Assembly: GCA_028704635.1 (NCBI GenBank) | Contig: JAQWFB010000006.1 | Span: forward strand, 1 to 62,664 | DNA: 62,664 nt | Origin: Candidatus Shapirobacteria bacterium | Lineage (GTDB): Bacteria; Patescibacteriota; Microgenomatia; UBA12405 | Direction: 5' to 3' | In this document: positions 46,872-53,676 of the stretch, in pieces | How the letters are laid out: every line of letters begins with the position of its first letter | Position numbering within the stretch: position 1 is the stretch's first letter | Translations under genes and position numbers: made by a program | Notes under the pieces: model-generated | Seen by the model: the letters and a program-made list of their open reading frames with translations, nothing else | What the model was told of the DNA's origin: nothing | Database searches by the model: none

Positions 46872-47447
46872 TTATTTTTGCCAATTAATAGGATTATTTT
46901 TAATATATTGACGTATATTATTTAATTCTATTTCGGATTTGATAATTTGATCATAATAACGACTTTGCCAGCCAAAAAATAAATTATTTTGATTACAAAT
47001 TCGCTTTACTGATGATTTATATTGATTAATGATTTTTGGAATGGTTTGATTAGATTTAATCGCTAATCGATGAAAATGATAATTTTGATATTTTATTTGT
47101 AGAGACGCACCATGGCGCGTCTCTACATGATTATCAAGCGTTTCCACGCTTTTATCTGGCGTCTCTACAAGGAATAGAATATGCACATGATTTGGCATAA
47201 CAATAAATTCATCCAAAATTACATTTGAAAAATGTTTATAAATATCAATTAAATATTGATTTGCAATTTCACCAATAGTTGATAATTCCATTTTATTATT
47301 AATAATTTTTCCAAAGAAATTATTATCGTTTAACGTTTTTATAGTAATAAAATAAAAACCTGGTGTAGAATAATCCCAATTATTTAATCTTGATGATTTT
47401 GTTTTAAATTTATCGGCAAATTTTTCAGGATTTTGAATATCAGACAC
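46872..47447 (-). CDS. IS200-like Y1 (HUH) transposase, REP-associated tyrosine transposase (RAYT)-like
   Basis: 191 aa. It has an HUH motif in MPNHVHILF and the C-terminal GWQSRYYDQIIKSEIELNNIRQYIKNNPINW typical of RAYT/IS200 TnpA. There is no tnpB and no flanking IS ends. The segment VETPDKSVETLDNHVETRHGASLQ is encoded by REP-like palindrome copies. Confidence 0.75.
   Translation of the reverse strand: MSDIQNPEKFADKFKTKSSRLNNWDYSTPGFYFITIKTLNDNNFFGKIINNKMELSTIGEIANQYLIDIYKHFSNVILDEFIVMPNHVHILFLVETPDKSVETLDNHVETRHGASLQIKYQNYHFHRLAIKSNQTIPKIINQYKSSVKRICNQNNLFFGWQSRYYDQIIKSEIELNNIRQYIKNNPINWQK
47098..47127. repeat. 30-bp REP-like palindrome inside the RAYT-like gene
   Basis: TGTAGAGACGCACCATGGCGCGTCTCTACA. 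Its reverse complement (the coding strand) is 30/30 identical to 35352-35381 and encodes VETRHGASLQ. Confidence 0.85.
47158..47169. repeat. Additional REP half-site (GGCGTCTCTACA) inside the RAYT-like gene
   Basis: Exact match to one palindrome arm. A degenerate copy (GTGGAAACG on the coding strand) lies between it and the full palindrome. Confidence 0.6.
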
Positions 47448-47795
47448 ATATTATTATTGCAATATTTATTACATATCTACAATATTAAAAAAATTAACCA
47501 AATAAACCCAATAAAATAAATTAATTCTTTAATAAAATTTGTAAATAATATAAAACTTTTCATAAATGGTTCAATATGGCTAGACCAAAAACTTGGACTT
47601 TTTTTAAAAAGCCCGAACTTTTGGTTTAAATTACTAACTCGTTGTTCCATATTTACTTATACAAAAAGATACTTTCGGTTATCAAGTTTTGATCTTTTAA
47701 CAATAAAAAAGTATCAGATAATCCTCTAACGCTGAGAATATAACACACGTTTTTCTTTTAAAGTAAATAGGTTTAAAAATACGTTATAATAAGCC

Positions 47796-49034
47796 ATGAG
47801 ATACTCACAACTTTTCGGTAAAACCAGTAAAACTGTCGCCTCTGATGCTGACAGTATTAATGCTAAATTATTAACCCAGGGTGGTTTCATTCAAAAAGAA
47901 ATTTCTGGCGTTTATAATTATTTACCTTTAGGTTTGCGTGTTTTAACTAAAATCCAAAATATCGTTCGTGAAGAAATGGATAAAATCGGCGGTCAAGAAA
48001 TCTTAATGCCAGCCATGACTCAAAATGAAAGTTGGATCACCACTGGTCGTAACAACATGGACGTCCTTTTCCATTTTAAAGGTCAAGGCGATACTGATTT
48101 AGTTTTAAATCCCACCCACGAAGAAGTTGTCACTCCTCTAGCTCAAAAATACCTTTTTTCTTATCGCGATTTACCAGTTGCTGTTTATCAAATTCAAAAC
48201 AAGTTTCGAAACGAAGCCAGGGCCAAATCAGGTTTACTTCGTGGTCGCGAATTTAATATGAAAGATCTTTATTCTTTTCATGTCGACGAAGAGGATTTAA
48301 ATCGTTATTACGAAATCGTCAAAAAAGCTTATTTTGAAATTTATAAAAGACTTGAGCTTGATGACATTACAGTTTTAACTTTTGCTTCTGGTGGTGCTTT
48401 TAGTCAATTTTCACACGAATTTCAAACCATAAATGAAAACGGCGAAGACACTATTTATCTTTGTGAAAAATGTAAAATTGCCATTAATAAGGAAATAATT
48501 GATACTCAAAAAACTTGTCCTGAATGTGGTGGTGATAAATTAAAAACTGTTAAAGCCACCGAAGTTGGTAATATTTTTAAATTAAGAACTAAATTTTCAA
48601 AAGCTTTTAATTTTTATTATTCCGATTCAAAAGGTCAAGAAAAAATTGTTGAAATGGGTTGCTATGGTTTTGGTCCATCAAGAACAATGGGGACTATCGT
48701 TGAAATTTTTAACGACAGTAAAGGTATAATTTGGCCAAAATCCATTGCCCCATACCACGTTCATTTGGTTGGACTTGATCTTTTTGATGAAAATATTAAA
48801 ACCCAGGCCGAAAAAATTTATCAAGATTTACTAGACAAAAATATTGAAGTTTTATTTGACGATCGCGTCGATGTCACTGCTGGTGCCAAATTTGCCGACG
48901 CTGATTTAGTTGGTAATCCCATCAGGTTGGTTATTAGTAAACGAAGTCTTGAAAATGGCGGCATTGAATTTAAAAAAAGAAACGAAGAAAAAAGTGAAAT
49001 TCTTCCTCTCGACAAAATTTTTTCCAGAATTTGA
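47796..49034 (+). CDS. proS: Prolyl-tRNA synthetase, bacterial-type core without the INS editing domain
   Basis: 412 aa. MRYSQLFGKT..GFIQKEISGVYNYLPLGLRVL, class II motifs (FRNEARAKSGLLRGREFNMKD, GCYGFGPSR), and an anticodon-binding domain. A CEKC...CPEC zinc-ribbon-like insert sits where INS normally lies. Confidence 0.85.
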   Translation: MRYSQLFGKTSKTVASDADSINAKLLTQGGFIQKEISGVYNYLPLGLRVLTKIQNIVREEMDKIGGQEILMPAMTQNESWITTGRNNMDVLFHFKGQGDTDLVLNPTHEEVVTPLAQKYLFSYRDLPVAVYQIQNKFRNEARAKSGLLRGREFNMKDLYSFHVDEEDLNRYYEIVKKAYFEIYKRLELDDITVLTFASGGAFSQFSHEFQTINENGEDTIYLCEKCKIAINKEIIDTQKTCPECGGDKLKTVKATEVGNIFKLRTKFSKAFNFYYSDSKGQEKIVEMGCYGFGPSRTMGTIVEIFNDSKGIIWPKSIAPYHVHLVGLDLFDENIKTQAEKIYQDLLDKNIEVLFDDRVDVTAGAKFADADLVGNPIRLVISKRSLENGGIEFKKRNEEKSEILPLDKIFSRI

Positions 49035-49077
49035 ATTTTAAATTAAAAATTAATTTTAAATAAGATATACTGTATTC

Positions 49078-51204
49078 ATGGCTAAACGAGGTCGCAAGAA
49101 AAAACATGCTCTTCCAGTTTTAAGGTTAAAACAAGAAACAATAAAAACCATTTTTTTTATTTTTTTCTTAGTCTTGTCAATTATTTCCCTTTTTTCCTTT
49201 CTTCAAACTGGTCCATATTCCATTACCTTAAATCTTAAATTAGTGGAATGGTTCGGTTTAATTTCTGTTTTTGTTCCATTTTTACTTTTACTCATTTCAT
49301 TTTTATTTACCAAAATGAAAGTTCCATTAAAAGAAGCAAATGTTTTTTTTGGCACCCTAATTATGTTTGTCTCACTCCTTGGTCTTTTAAGACAGGGGAG
49401 CGTTGGAACCTTTTTTGGTGATCAAATTGCCAGTCTTTGGGGAGAATTACCTCGATTTTTTATTTTCTTTTTTTCTGGAATTGCTGGTTTTGTCATTCTT
49501 TTTGACACTAATGTTAACCAAATCGTCAAATTTTTTGTCAAACTTTTTAAGGCCATCAAAAAATATACTGTCGGCAATGGAAAAGAAAAAGAAAGTAAAT
49601 CTGAAAAGAAATCTGGTCTTTTTTTATCAGAACTTTCGCCTTTTAAATCAAATAAGAAAAACGAAGAACCAAAAGAAGATCCCAATGTCATTAATATTCC
49701 TCCTGTTATTAAACCTCAAGATCAACAATTATTACTTCAAGGTTCACCTCTTCAATCTTTATCAAACAATCAAATTTGGGAATATCCATCCATTTCTATT
49801 TTTGATGGCACTCCTGGTGCTAAAGCCGACCGCGGGGACGTTCGTAAAAATGCCAGTATTATCGAAGAAACTTTAGAATCATTTGGTATTCGTGCCAAAG
49901 TCGTTGAATACAACAATAGTCCTTCTGTTACTCAGTATGCTCTAGAAGTTGCTCTTGGCACTAAGTTGGCTAAAATTATTAGTCTTAGCAATGACTTAGC
50001 CATGGCTCTTTCTGCTCCCGGTGGTCAAATTCGTATTGAGGCCCCAATTCCTGGTCGAGCTCTTGTTGGTATTGAAGTTCCTAATAAAAGTCTTGAAGTC
50101 GTTCCAATTCGAAAGGTTATCGAGTCTGATGCTATGAAAAACGCCAAGACTAAAATTACTGTCCCATTAGGTTTAGATGTTGCCGGTAATCCCAAAGTGG
50201 CCGATATTGCTAAAATGCCCCATGTTTTAATCGCTGGTCAGACCAATTCTGGTAAATCAGTTTGTGTTAATTCTTGGATTAGTAATATTCTTTTCAGAGC
50301 TTCTCCTCAAGAAGTTCGTATGATTATGGTCGATCCAAAACGTGTTGAATTAACTCCTTACAATGGTATTCCTCATCTTTTGACCCCTGTTATCGTTGAT
50401 CCAGAAAAAGTGATTTCTGCCTTAAAATGGGCAGTTGATGAAATGCAGCGACGTTACAAAACCTTTACTGAAGTTGGCGCCAAAAATATTGAATCCTACA
50501 ATAATCTTTCCGGGTTTCAATCCATGCCTTACATTTTAATTTTTATTGACGAATTAGCTGATATTATGTTATTTTCTCCATCCGAAGTCGAAGATAATAT
50601 TTGTCGTTTAGCCCAGATGTCTCGTGCCGTCGGCATTCATTTGATACTAGCCACTCAACGCCCTTCAGTCAACGTCATCACCGGCCTCATCAAAGCCAAC
50701 ATTCCTACTCGTATTTCTTTTGCTGTTACGTCAGTTACTGATTCTAGAGTTGTTTTAGACACTCCTGGAGCCGAAAAATTATTAGGTCGTGGAGATATGC
50801 TTTATGGTCCTCAAGATTTGGCTAAACCAGTCAGAATTCAAGGTTGTTTTGTCTCAGACAAAGAAATAAATACTTTAGTTGACTTTTTAAAATCTCAAAA
50901 AACTGCCGAATATGACGATCAAGTTGTTAGTCAGCCAGTTTCTGCTGGAAATGGTAAATCAGTTATAACACCATCCACCGATGGCGGTCCACATGATCCT
51001 CTCTATGACAGTGCTGTTAAATTAATTCAAGACACTGGCAAAGCTTCAACCACCTTCCTTCAAAGAAAATTAAGTGTCGGTTATGCCAGAGCTGCCAAAA
51101 TTTTAGATGAAATTGAAGGTGCTGGTTTAATCGGTCCATCAAATGGTGCTAAACCTCGAGATATTTTAATGCCCCACGCTCAAGGCGACAGTTCGGCTGA
51201 ATAA
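49078..51204 (+). CDS. ftsK: DNA translocase FtsK
   Basis: 708 aa with N-terminal TM segments and a linker. The motor domain has Walker A (LIAGQTNSGKSV), Walker B (ILIFIDELAD) and ATQRPS. The C-terminal gamma winged helix reads TTFLQRKLSVGYARAAKILDEIE. Confidence 0.92.
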   Translation: MAKRGRKKKHALPVLRLKQETIKTIFFIFFLVLSIISLFSFLQTGPYSITLNLKLVEWFGLISVFVPFLLLLISFLFTKMKVPLKEANVFFGTLIMFVSLLGLLRQGSVGTFFGDQIASLWGELPRFFIFFFSGIAGFVILFDTNVNQIVKFFVKLFKAIKKYTVGNGKEKESKSEKKSGLFLSELSPFKSNKKNEEPKEDPNVINIPPVIKPQDQQLLLQGSPLQSLSNNQIWEYPSISIFDGTPGAKADRGDVRKNASIIEETLESFGIRAKVVEYNNSPSVTQYALEVALGTKLAKIISLSNDLAMALSAPGGQIRIEAPIPGRALVGIEVPNKSLEVVPIRKVIESDAMKNAKTKITVPLGLDVAGNPKVADIAKMPHVLIAGQTNSGKSVCVNSWISNILFRASPQEVRMIMVDPKRVELTPYNGIPHLLTPVIVDPEKVISALKWAVDEMQRRYKTFTEVGAKNIESYNNLSGFQSMPYILIFIDELADIMLFSPSEVEDNICRLAQMSRAVGIHLILATQRPSVNVITGLIKANIPTRISFAVTSVTDSRVVLDTPGAEKLLGRGDMLYGPQDLAKPVRIQGCFVSDKEINTLVDFLKSQKTAEYDDQVVSQPVSAGNGKSVITPSTDGGPHDPLYDSAVKLIQDTGKASTTFLQRKLSVGYARAAKILDEIEGAGLIGPSNGAKPRDILMPHAQGDSSAE

Positions 51205-51212
51205 ACCTAATT

Positions 51213-51818
51213 ATGCTCCGCACTTCATCTCTTCTCAAAAACACTCGTCTCGACAAAGAATATGATTTGACCGATATTTCCAAAAAATTAAAAATACCAG
51301 TCAAATATTTAGCTGCCATTGAAAATGAAGAAGTCAAAAATTTTCCTCAAGAACCGTATTGTTCGCTAATTATTAAAGATTATGCAGATTACTTAGGTCT
51401 TAATGGTCAAGAAATCTTATCTTTTTTCCGACGTGATTTTGAGCAAAAAAAAAGAAGCAAAGCTACTAAAAAATCCGGTCTTTCTTTTACTCCACAATTT
51501 ACATTCAGCATTTTAATCGGAGTTATTATTATTGGTTTTATTTTTTATCTCACCTCCGAATATATTAAATTCAACCGCCCTCCTAAATTAAAAATAAATT
51601 GGCCGGAAACTATTAATAGTGAAAGTTTTGATTTAACGGGCATCACCGACCCCGATTCCACCATTAGAATTAACGAAGATTTAATAATAGTCGATTCTAA
51701 TGGTAGTTTTCAAAAGAAAATTCAAACTGGATCCGATGGTGAAATTAAAATAACAGTCGAATCAAAATCACCTAGTGGTAGAACTACTGTTGAGGAAAAA
51801 ACTCTCAAAATTAATTAA
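51213..51818 (+). CDS. RodZ-like helix-turn-helix membrane protein
   Basis: N-terminal HTH (LTDISKKLKIPVKYLAAIENEE), a basic linker, one TM and a C-terminal beta domain. Confidence 0.6.
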   Translation: MLRTSSLLKNTRLDKEYDLTDISKKLKIPVKYLAAIENEEVKNFPQEPYCSLIIKDYADYLGLNGQEILSFFRRDFEQKKRSKATKKSGLSFTPQFTFSILIGVIIIGFIFYLTSEYIKFNRPPKLKINWPETINSESFDLTGITDPDSTIRINEDLIIVDSNGSFQKKIQTGSDGEIKITVESKSPSGRTTVEEKTLKIN

Positions 51819-51847
51819 TTTTTTAAAAAATAGTTTATACTGATTAT

Positions 51848-52108
51848 ATGGATATAACTCAAATCGTCATTATTATTAGTCTTTTAGCCATTACTACCAT
51901 TATTGTTGTTTGTGGAATCTATTTTGTTAGATTGCTAAAAGATTTAAATATCACTCTTAAGAAAACCAATTTAATCCTTGATGACGCCCATTTAATTACC
52001 GATTCGGTGGCTAAACCGGTTTCTTCCCTTTCTGATTTCTTAATGGGACTAAAAAACGGTTTTTCTTTTTTTAATAATTTAACCAGAGATAAAAATAAAG
52101 ATGACTAA
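51848..52108 (+). CDS. DUF948-like small membrane protein
   Basis: 86 aa with an N-terminal TM then a helical LLKDLNITLKKTNLILDDAHLITDSVAKPV segment. It forms the usual pairing with a YtxH-like gene. Confidence 0.5.
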   Translation: MDITQIVIIISLLAITTIIVVCGIYFVRLLKDLNITLKKTNLILDDAHLITDSVAKPVSSLSDFLMGLKNGFSFFNNLTRDKNKDD

Positions 52109-52421
52109 TTCTGAAAAAAAATCTGACCCAAAATCAAACTCTGGTTTTATGTTTGGTCTAACCTTAGGTGCTGCTGTTGGTGCCCTTTCGGCAATTGTAG
52201 TTAATAAAAGTAACGAAACCGAAGTTATTAAAAATTTTGAATCCAAAATAAAAGAATTTTTTCAGGATTTGGTCAGTGAAGCCAAATCTAAAAAAGAAGT
52301 TGCAAAAAAAATCGAAACCATTGATACTTGGGGAGAAATAGAAAAAGAGGAACCAGAAAAACCACGTGTTGTCATCAAAAGGAAATCCACTCCCAAGATG
52401 TTTGTCAAACCAAAAAGGTAA
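52101..52421 (+). CDS. YtxH-like protein
   Basis: 106 aa. GFMFGLTLGAAVGALSAIV glycine-zipper TM followed by a charged helix. Confidence 0.5.
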   Translation: MTNSEKKSDPKSNSGFMFGLTLGAAVGALSAIVVNKSNETEVIKNFESKIKEFFQDLVSEAKSKKEVAKKIETIDTWGEIEKEEPEKPRVVIKRKSTPKMFVKPKR

Positions 52422-52450
52422 GGAAGATGTTAAAAGTCTATCCTATAGTA

Positions 52451-52479
52451 TTGACTTTTTATTTAATTTGTCCTACAAT
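52451..52479 (+). promoter_or_regulatory. Sigma-70-type promoter of the small-ORF cassette
   Basis: TTGACT (52451-52456), a 17-nt spacer, then TACAAT (52474-52479). Confidence 0.6.
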
Positions 52480-52595
52480 CCCACTAATTATCATTAAATG
52501 GCTCTAGTGCTTTTATTGATAAAGTACCTTTAAAATCTAGAGAAACGTTTGTGCCGAAAATTGGGAGTAATAATTTATTCCTAGCTTTCGGCATA

Positions 52596-52628
52596 AACCG
52601 AAAAAATAAAAAAAGAAAAGGCGGTAAT
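52596..52628 (+). repeat. 33-nt A-rich leader motif, copy A (AACCGAAAAAATAAAAAAAGAAAAGGCGGTAAT)
   Basis: 33/33 identical to 52992-53024. It ends 4 nt before an ATG and contains the SD-like AAAGGCGG. Confidence 0.85.
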
Positions 52629-52632
52629 AGAA

Positions 52633-52767
52633 ATGGAATATCATTTAATTAGATTAACTTGTGCGATAGTTTTAATTTTCTCAACGTTAACCCTTGTTGC
52701 GTTAACAAAAACATTTGGTTTTTTAGTACTAGAGGAAATATGGGAGCTGTTTATGTTGTCGTGGTAA
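52633..52767 (+). CDS. Small hydrophobic peptide (44 aa), cassette ORF A
   Basis: Manual translation: MEYHLIRLTCAIVLIFSTLTLVALTKTFGFLVLEEIWELFMLSW. It is preceded by leader copy A and falls below the ORF-track size cutoff. Confidence 0.4.
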   Translation: MEYHLIRLTCAIVLIFSTLTLVALTKTFGFLVLEEIWELFMLSW

Positions 52768-52819
52768 TTTTATTTATCACTTCAACAACAGGGATAATAT
52801 TATCCTATTTTTAGGGATA

Positions 52820-52848
52820 AACCAAAAAATAAAAAAGAAAGGTGGCCT
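52820..52848 (+). repeat. Diverged copy B of the A-rich leader motif
   Basis: AACCAAAAAATAAAAAAGAAAGGTGGCCT aligns with copies A and C with a few indels/substitutions. An ATG follows at 52853. Confidence 0.6.
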
Positions 52849-52852
52849 TGAG

Positions 52853-53005
52853 ATGACTTTTATAATTTTAATAATACTTATAATAATATCCATAATTTTT
52901 ATAGCGGCACGCAATTTTCTTATTTCCATGTTTCTTTTTGAAGCCGATGATATTGATGTCTACAAATACTATAAACATTATGAACTAATGCAACCGAAAA
53001 AATAA
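52853..53005 (+). CDS. Small membrane peptide (50 aa), cassette ORF B
   Basis: Manual translation: MTFIILIILIIISIIFIAARNFLISMFLFEADDIDVYKYYKHYELMQPKK. Its last codons and stop lie inside leader copy C. Confidence 0.4.
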   Translation: MTFIILIILIIISIIFIAARNFLISMFLFEADDIDVYKYYKHYELMQPKK

Positions 53006-53024
53006 AAAAAGAAAAGGCGGTAAT
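52992..53024 (+). repeat. 33-nt A-rich leader motif, copy C
   Basis: Identical to copy A. It is followed 4 nt later by ATG at 53029. Confidence 0.85.
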
Positions 53025-53028
53025 GATA

Positions 53029-53529
53029 ATGACATATTATAATTACTATTACACCCCAGTATCGTATGCCCCATGTTTTTTAATGTTATTACTAAGTTTT
53101 GTAATGTTGTTTCTTTCTCTTATGTCCTTCCGTCTTAGTAAAAGCACCACAGGCGATATTTTTTATATACAAAAATATTATAGTTCAAAACAACAAGCAG
53201 TCGGTCAAACCAATATAAAGTTGAAAAAAAATAAACTTTTATGTTTTCCAAATCCAATAGCTGTAACTTTTATTGCAAAAAAAGAATTTACAGTTTTAGT
53301 TAAAAATCACGGATCAATAAGAGAGGTTTCGGCATATCAAAAAGATGATCATTTTTTAGCAGAAGGAAAAGCAATAGAATTTAAAAATTATACAACAAAA
53401 GTAAATTGTTCATTTTATTTTCGGGGAGAATATTCGATTAATACTCTACGTGTCGCCGGAGATGTAATTTTATTTGCAATAATAATACTTTTAACCATAA
53501 TTTCCATATTATGGATATTTCTACATTAA
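53029..53529 (+). CDS. Hypothetical membrane protein (166 aa; N- and C-terminal TM segments), cassette ORF C
   Basis: ORF-track protein (listed from 53023). ATG at 53029 gives the same 4-nt spacing from the leader motif as ORF A. Tyr-rich N-terminus (TYYNYYYTPVSY). Confidence 0.55.
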   Translation: MTYYNYYYTPVSYAPCFLMLLLSFVMLFLSLMSFRLSKSTTGDIFYIQKYYSSKQQAVGQTNIKLKKNKLLCFPNPIAVTFIAKKEFTVLVKNHGSIREVSAYQKDDHFLAEGKAIEFKNYTTKVNCSFYFRGEYSINTLRVAGDVILFAIIILLTIISILWIFLH

Positions 53530-53552
53530 CTTTTTATTTCTCTAATTTTTTA

Positions 53553-53600
53553 GCCGGCAGGTCAATGTATAAAATACATCCTGTCGGCCTTTTCTTTTTT
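53553..53600 (+). terminator. Intrinsic terminator of the small-ORF cassette
   Basis: GCCGGCAGG..ATGTAT-AAA-ATACAT..CCTGTCGGC stem followed by CTTTTCTTTTTT. Confidence 0.7.
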
Positions 53601-53617
53601 ATTAAATTAATTAGACT

Positions 53618-53645
53618 GTAGAGACGTTCTGCAGAACGTCTCTAC
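53618..53645. repeat. Perfect 28-bp REP-like palindrome GTAGAGACGTTCTGCAGAACGTCTCTAC
   Basis: Exact self-complement with the same GTAGAGACG arms as the copies at 33335, 35352 and 47098. It lies between the cassette terminator and the alaS promoter. Confidence 0.85.
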
Positions 53646-53660
53646 TTAAATCAAAAATAT

Positions 53661-53669
53661 TGATATAAT
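53661..53669 (+). promoter_or_regulatory. Extended -10 element TGATATAAT, 7 nt upstream of the alaS ATG
   Basis: Exact TGnTATAAT. Only CATTCGT separates it from the ATG at 53677, and there is no SD. Confidence 0.5.
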
Positions 53670-53676
53670 CATTCGT

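Noticed and set aside
46872-47447. Complete IS200/IS605 insertion sequence
   Set aside because: Only the Y1 transposase-like gene is present. There is no tnpB and no subterminal hairpins flanking the gene, and the flanks are ordinary AT-rich DNA. A domesticated or REP-associated (RAYT-like) gene is the better description.
47448-47795. T-box or other riboswitch leader upstream of proS (and the 53530-53676 gap upstream of alaS)
   Set aside because: There is no T-box consensus (AAnnnGGGTGGTACCGCG-like) and no specifier/antiterminator architecture. Both genes have a -10 hexamer within 7 nt of the ATG, leaving no room for a leader.
49403-49876. 157-aa plus-strand ORF and the 89-aa minus-strand ORF (49422-49691) inside ftsK
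   Set aside because: They are alternative-frame or antisense ORFs within the low-complexity linker region of ftsK, with hydrophobic or low-complexity translations. The ftsK frame is continuous and conserved on both sides.
52596-53024. Possible CRISPR array, since a 33-nt sequence recurs three times
   Set aside because: There are only three copies, with irregular spacing (about 190 and 140 nt between copies). One copy is diverged. The motif is A-rich with an SD-like core and is always followed by an ATG-initiated hydrophobic ORF. No cas genes are present. I interpret it as a repeated translation leader.
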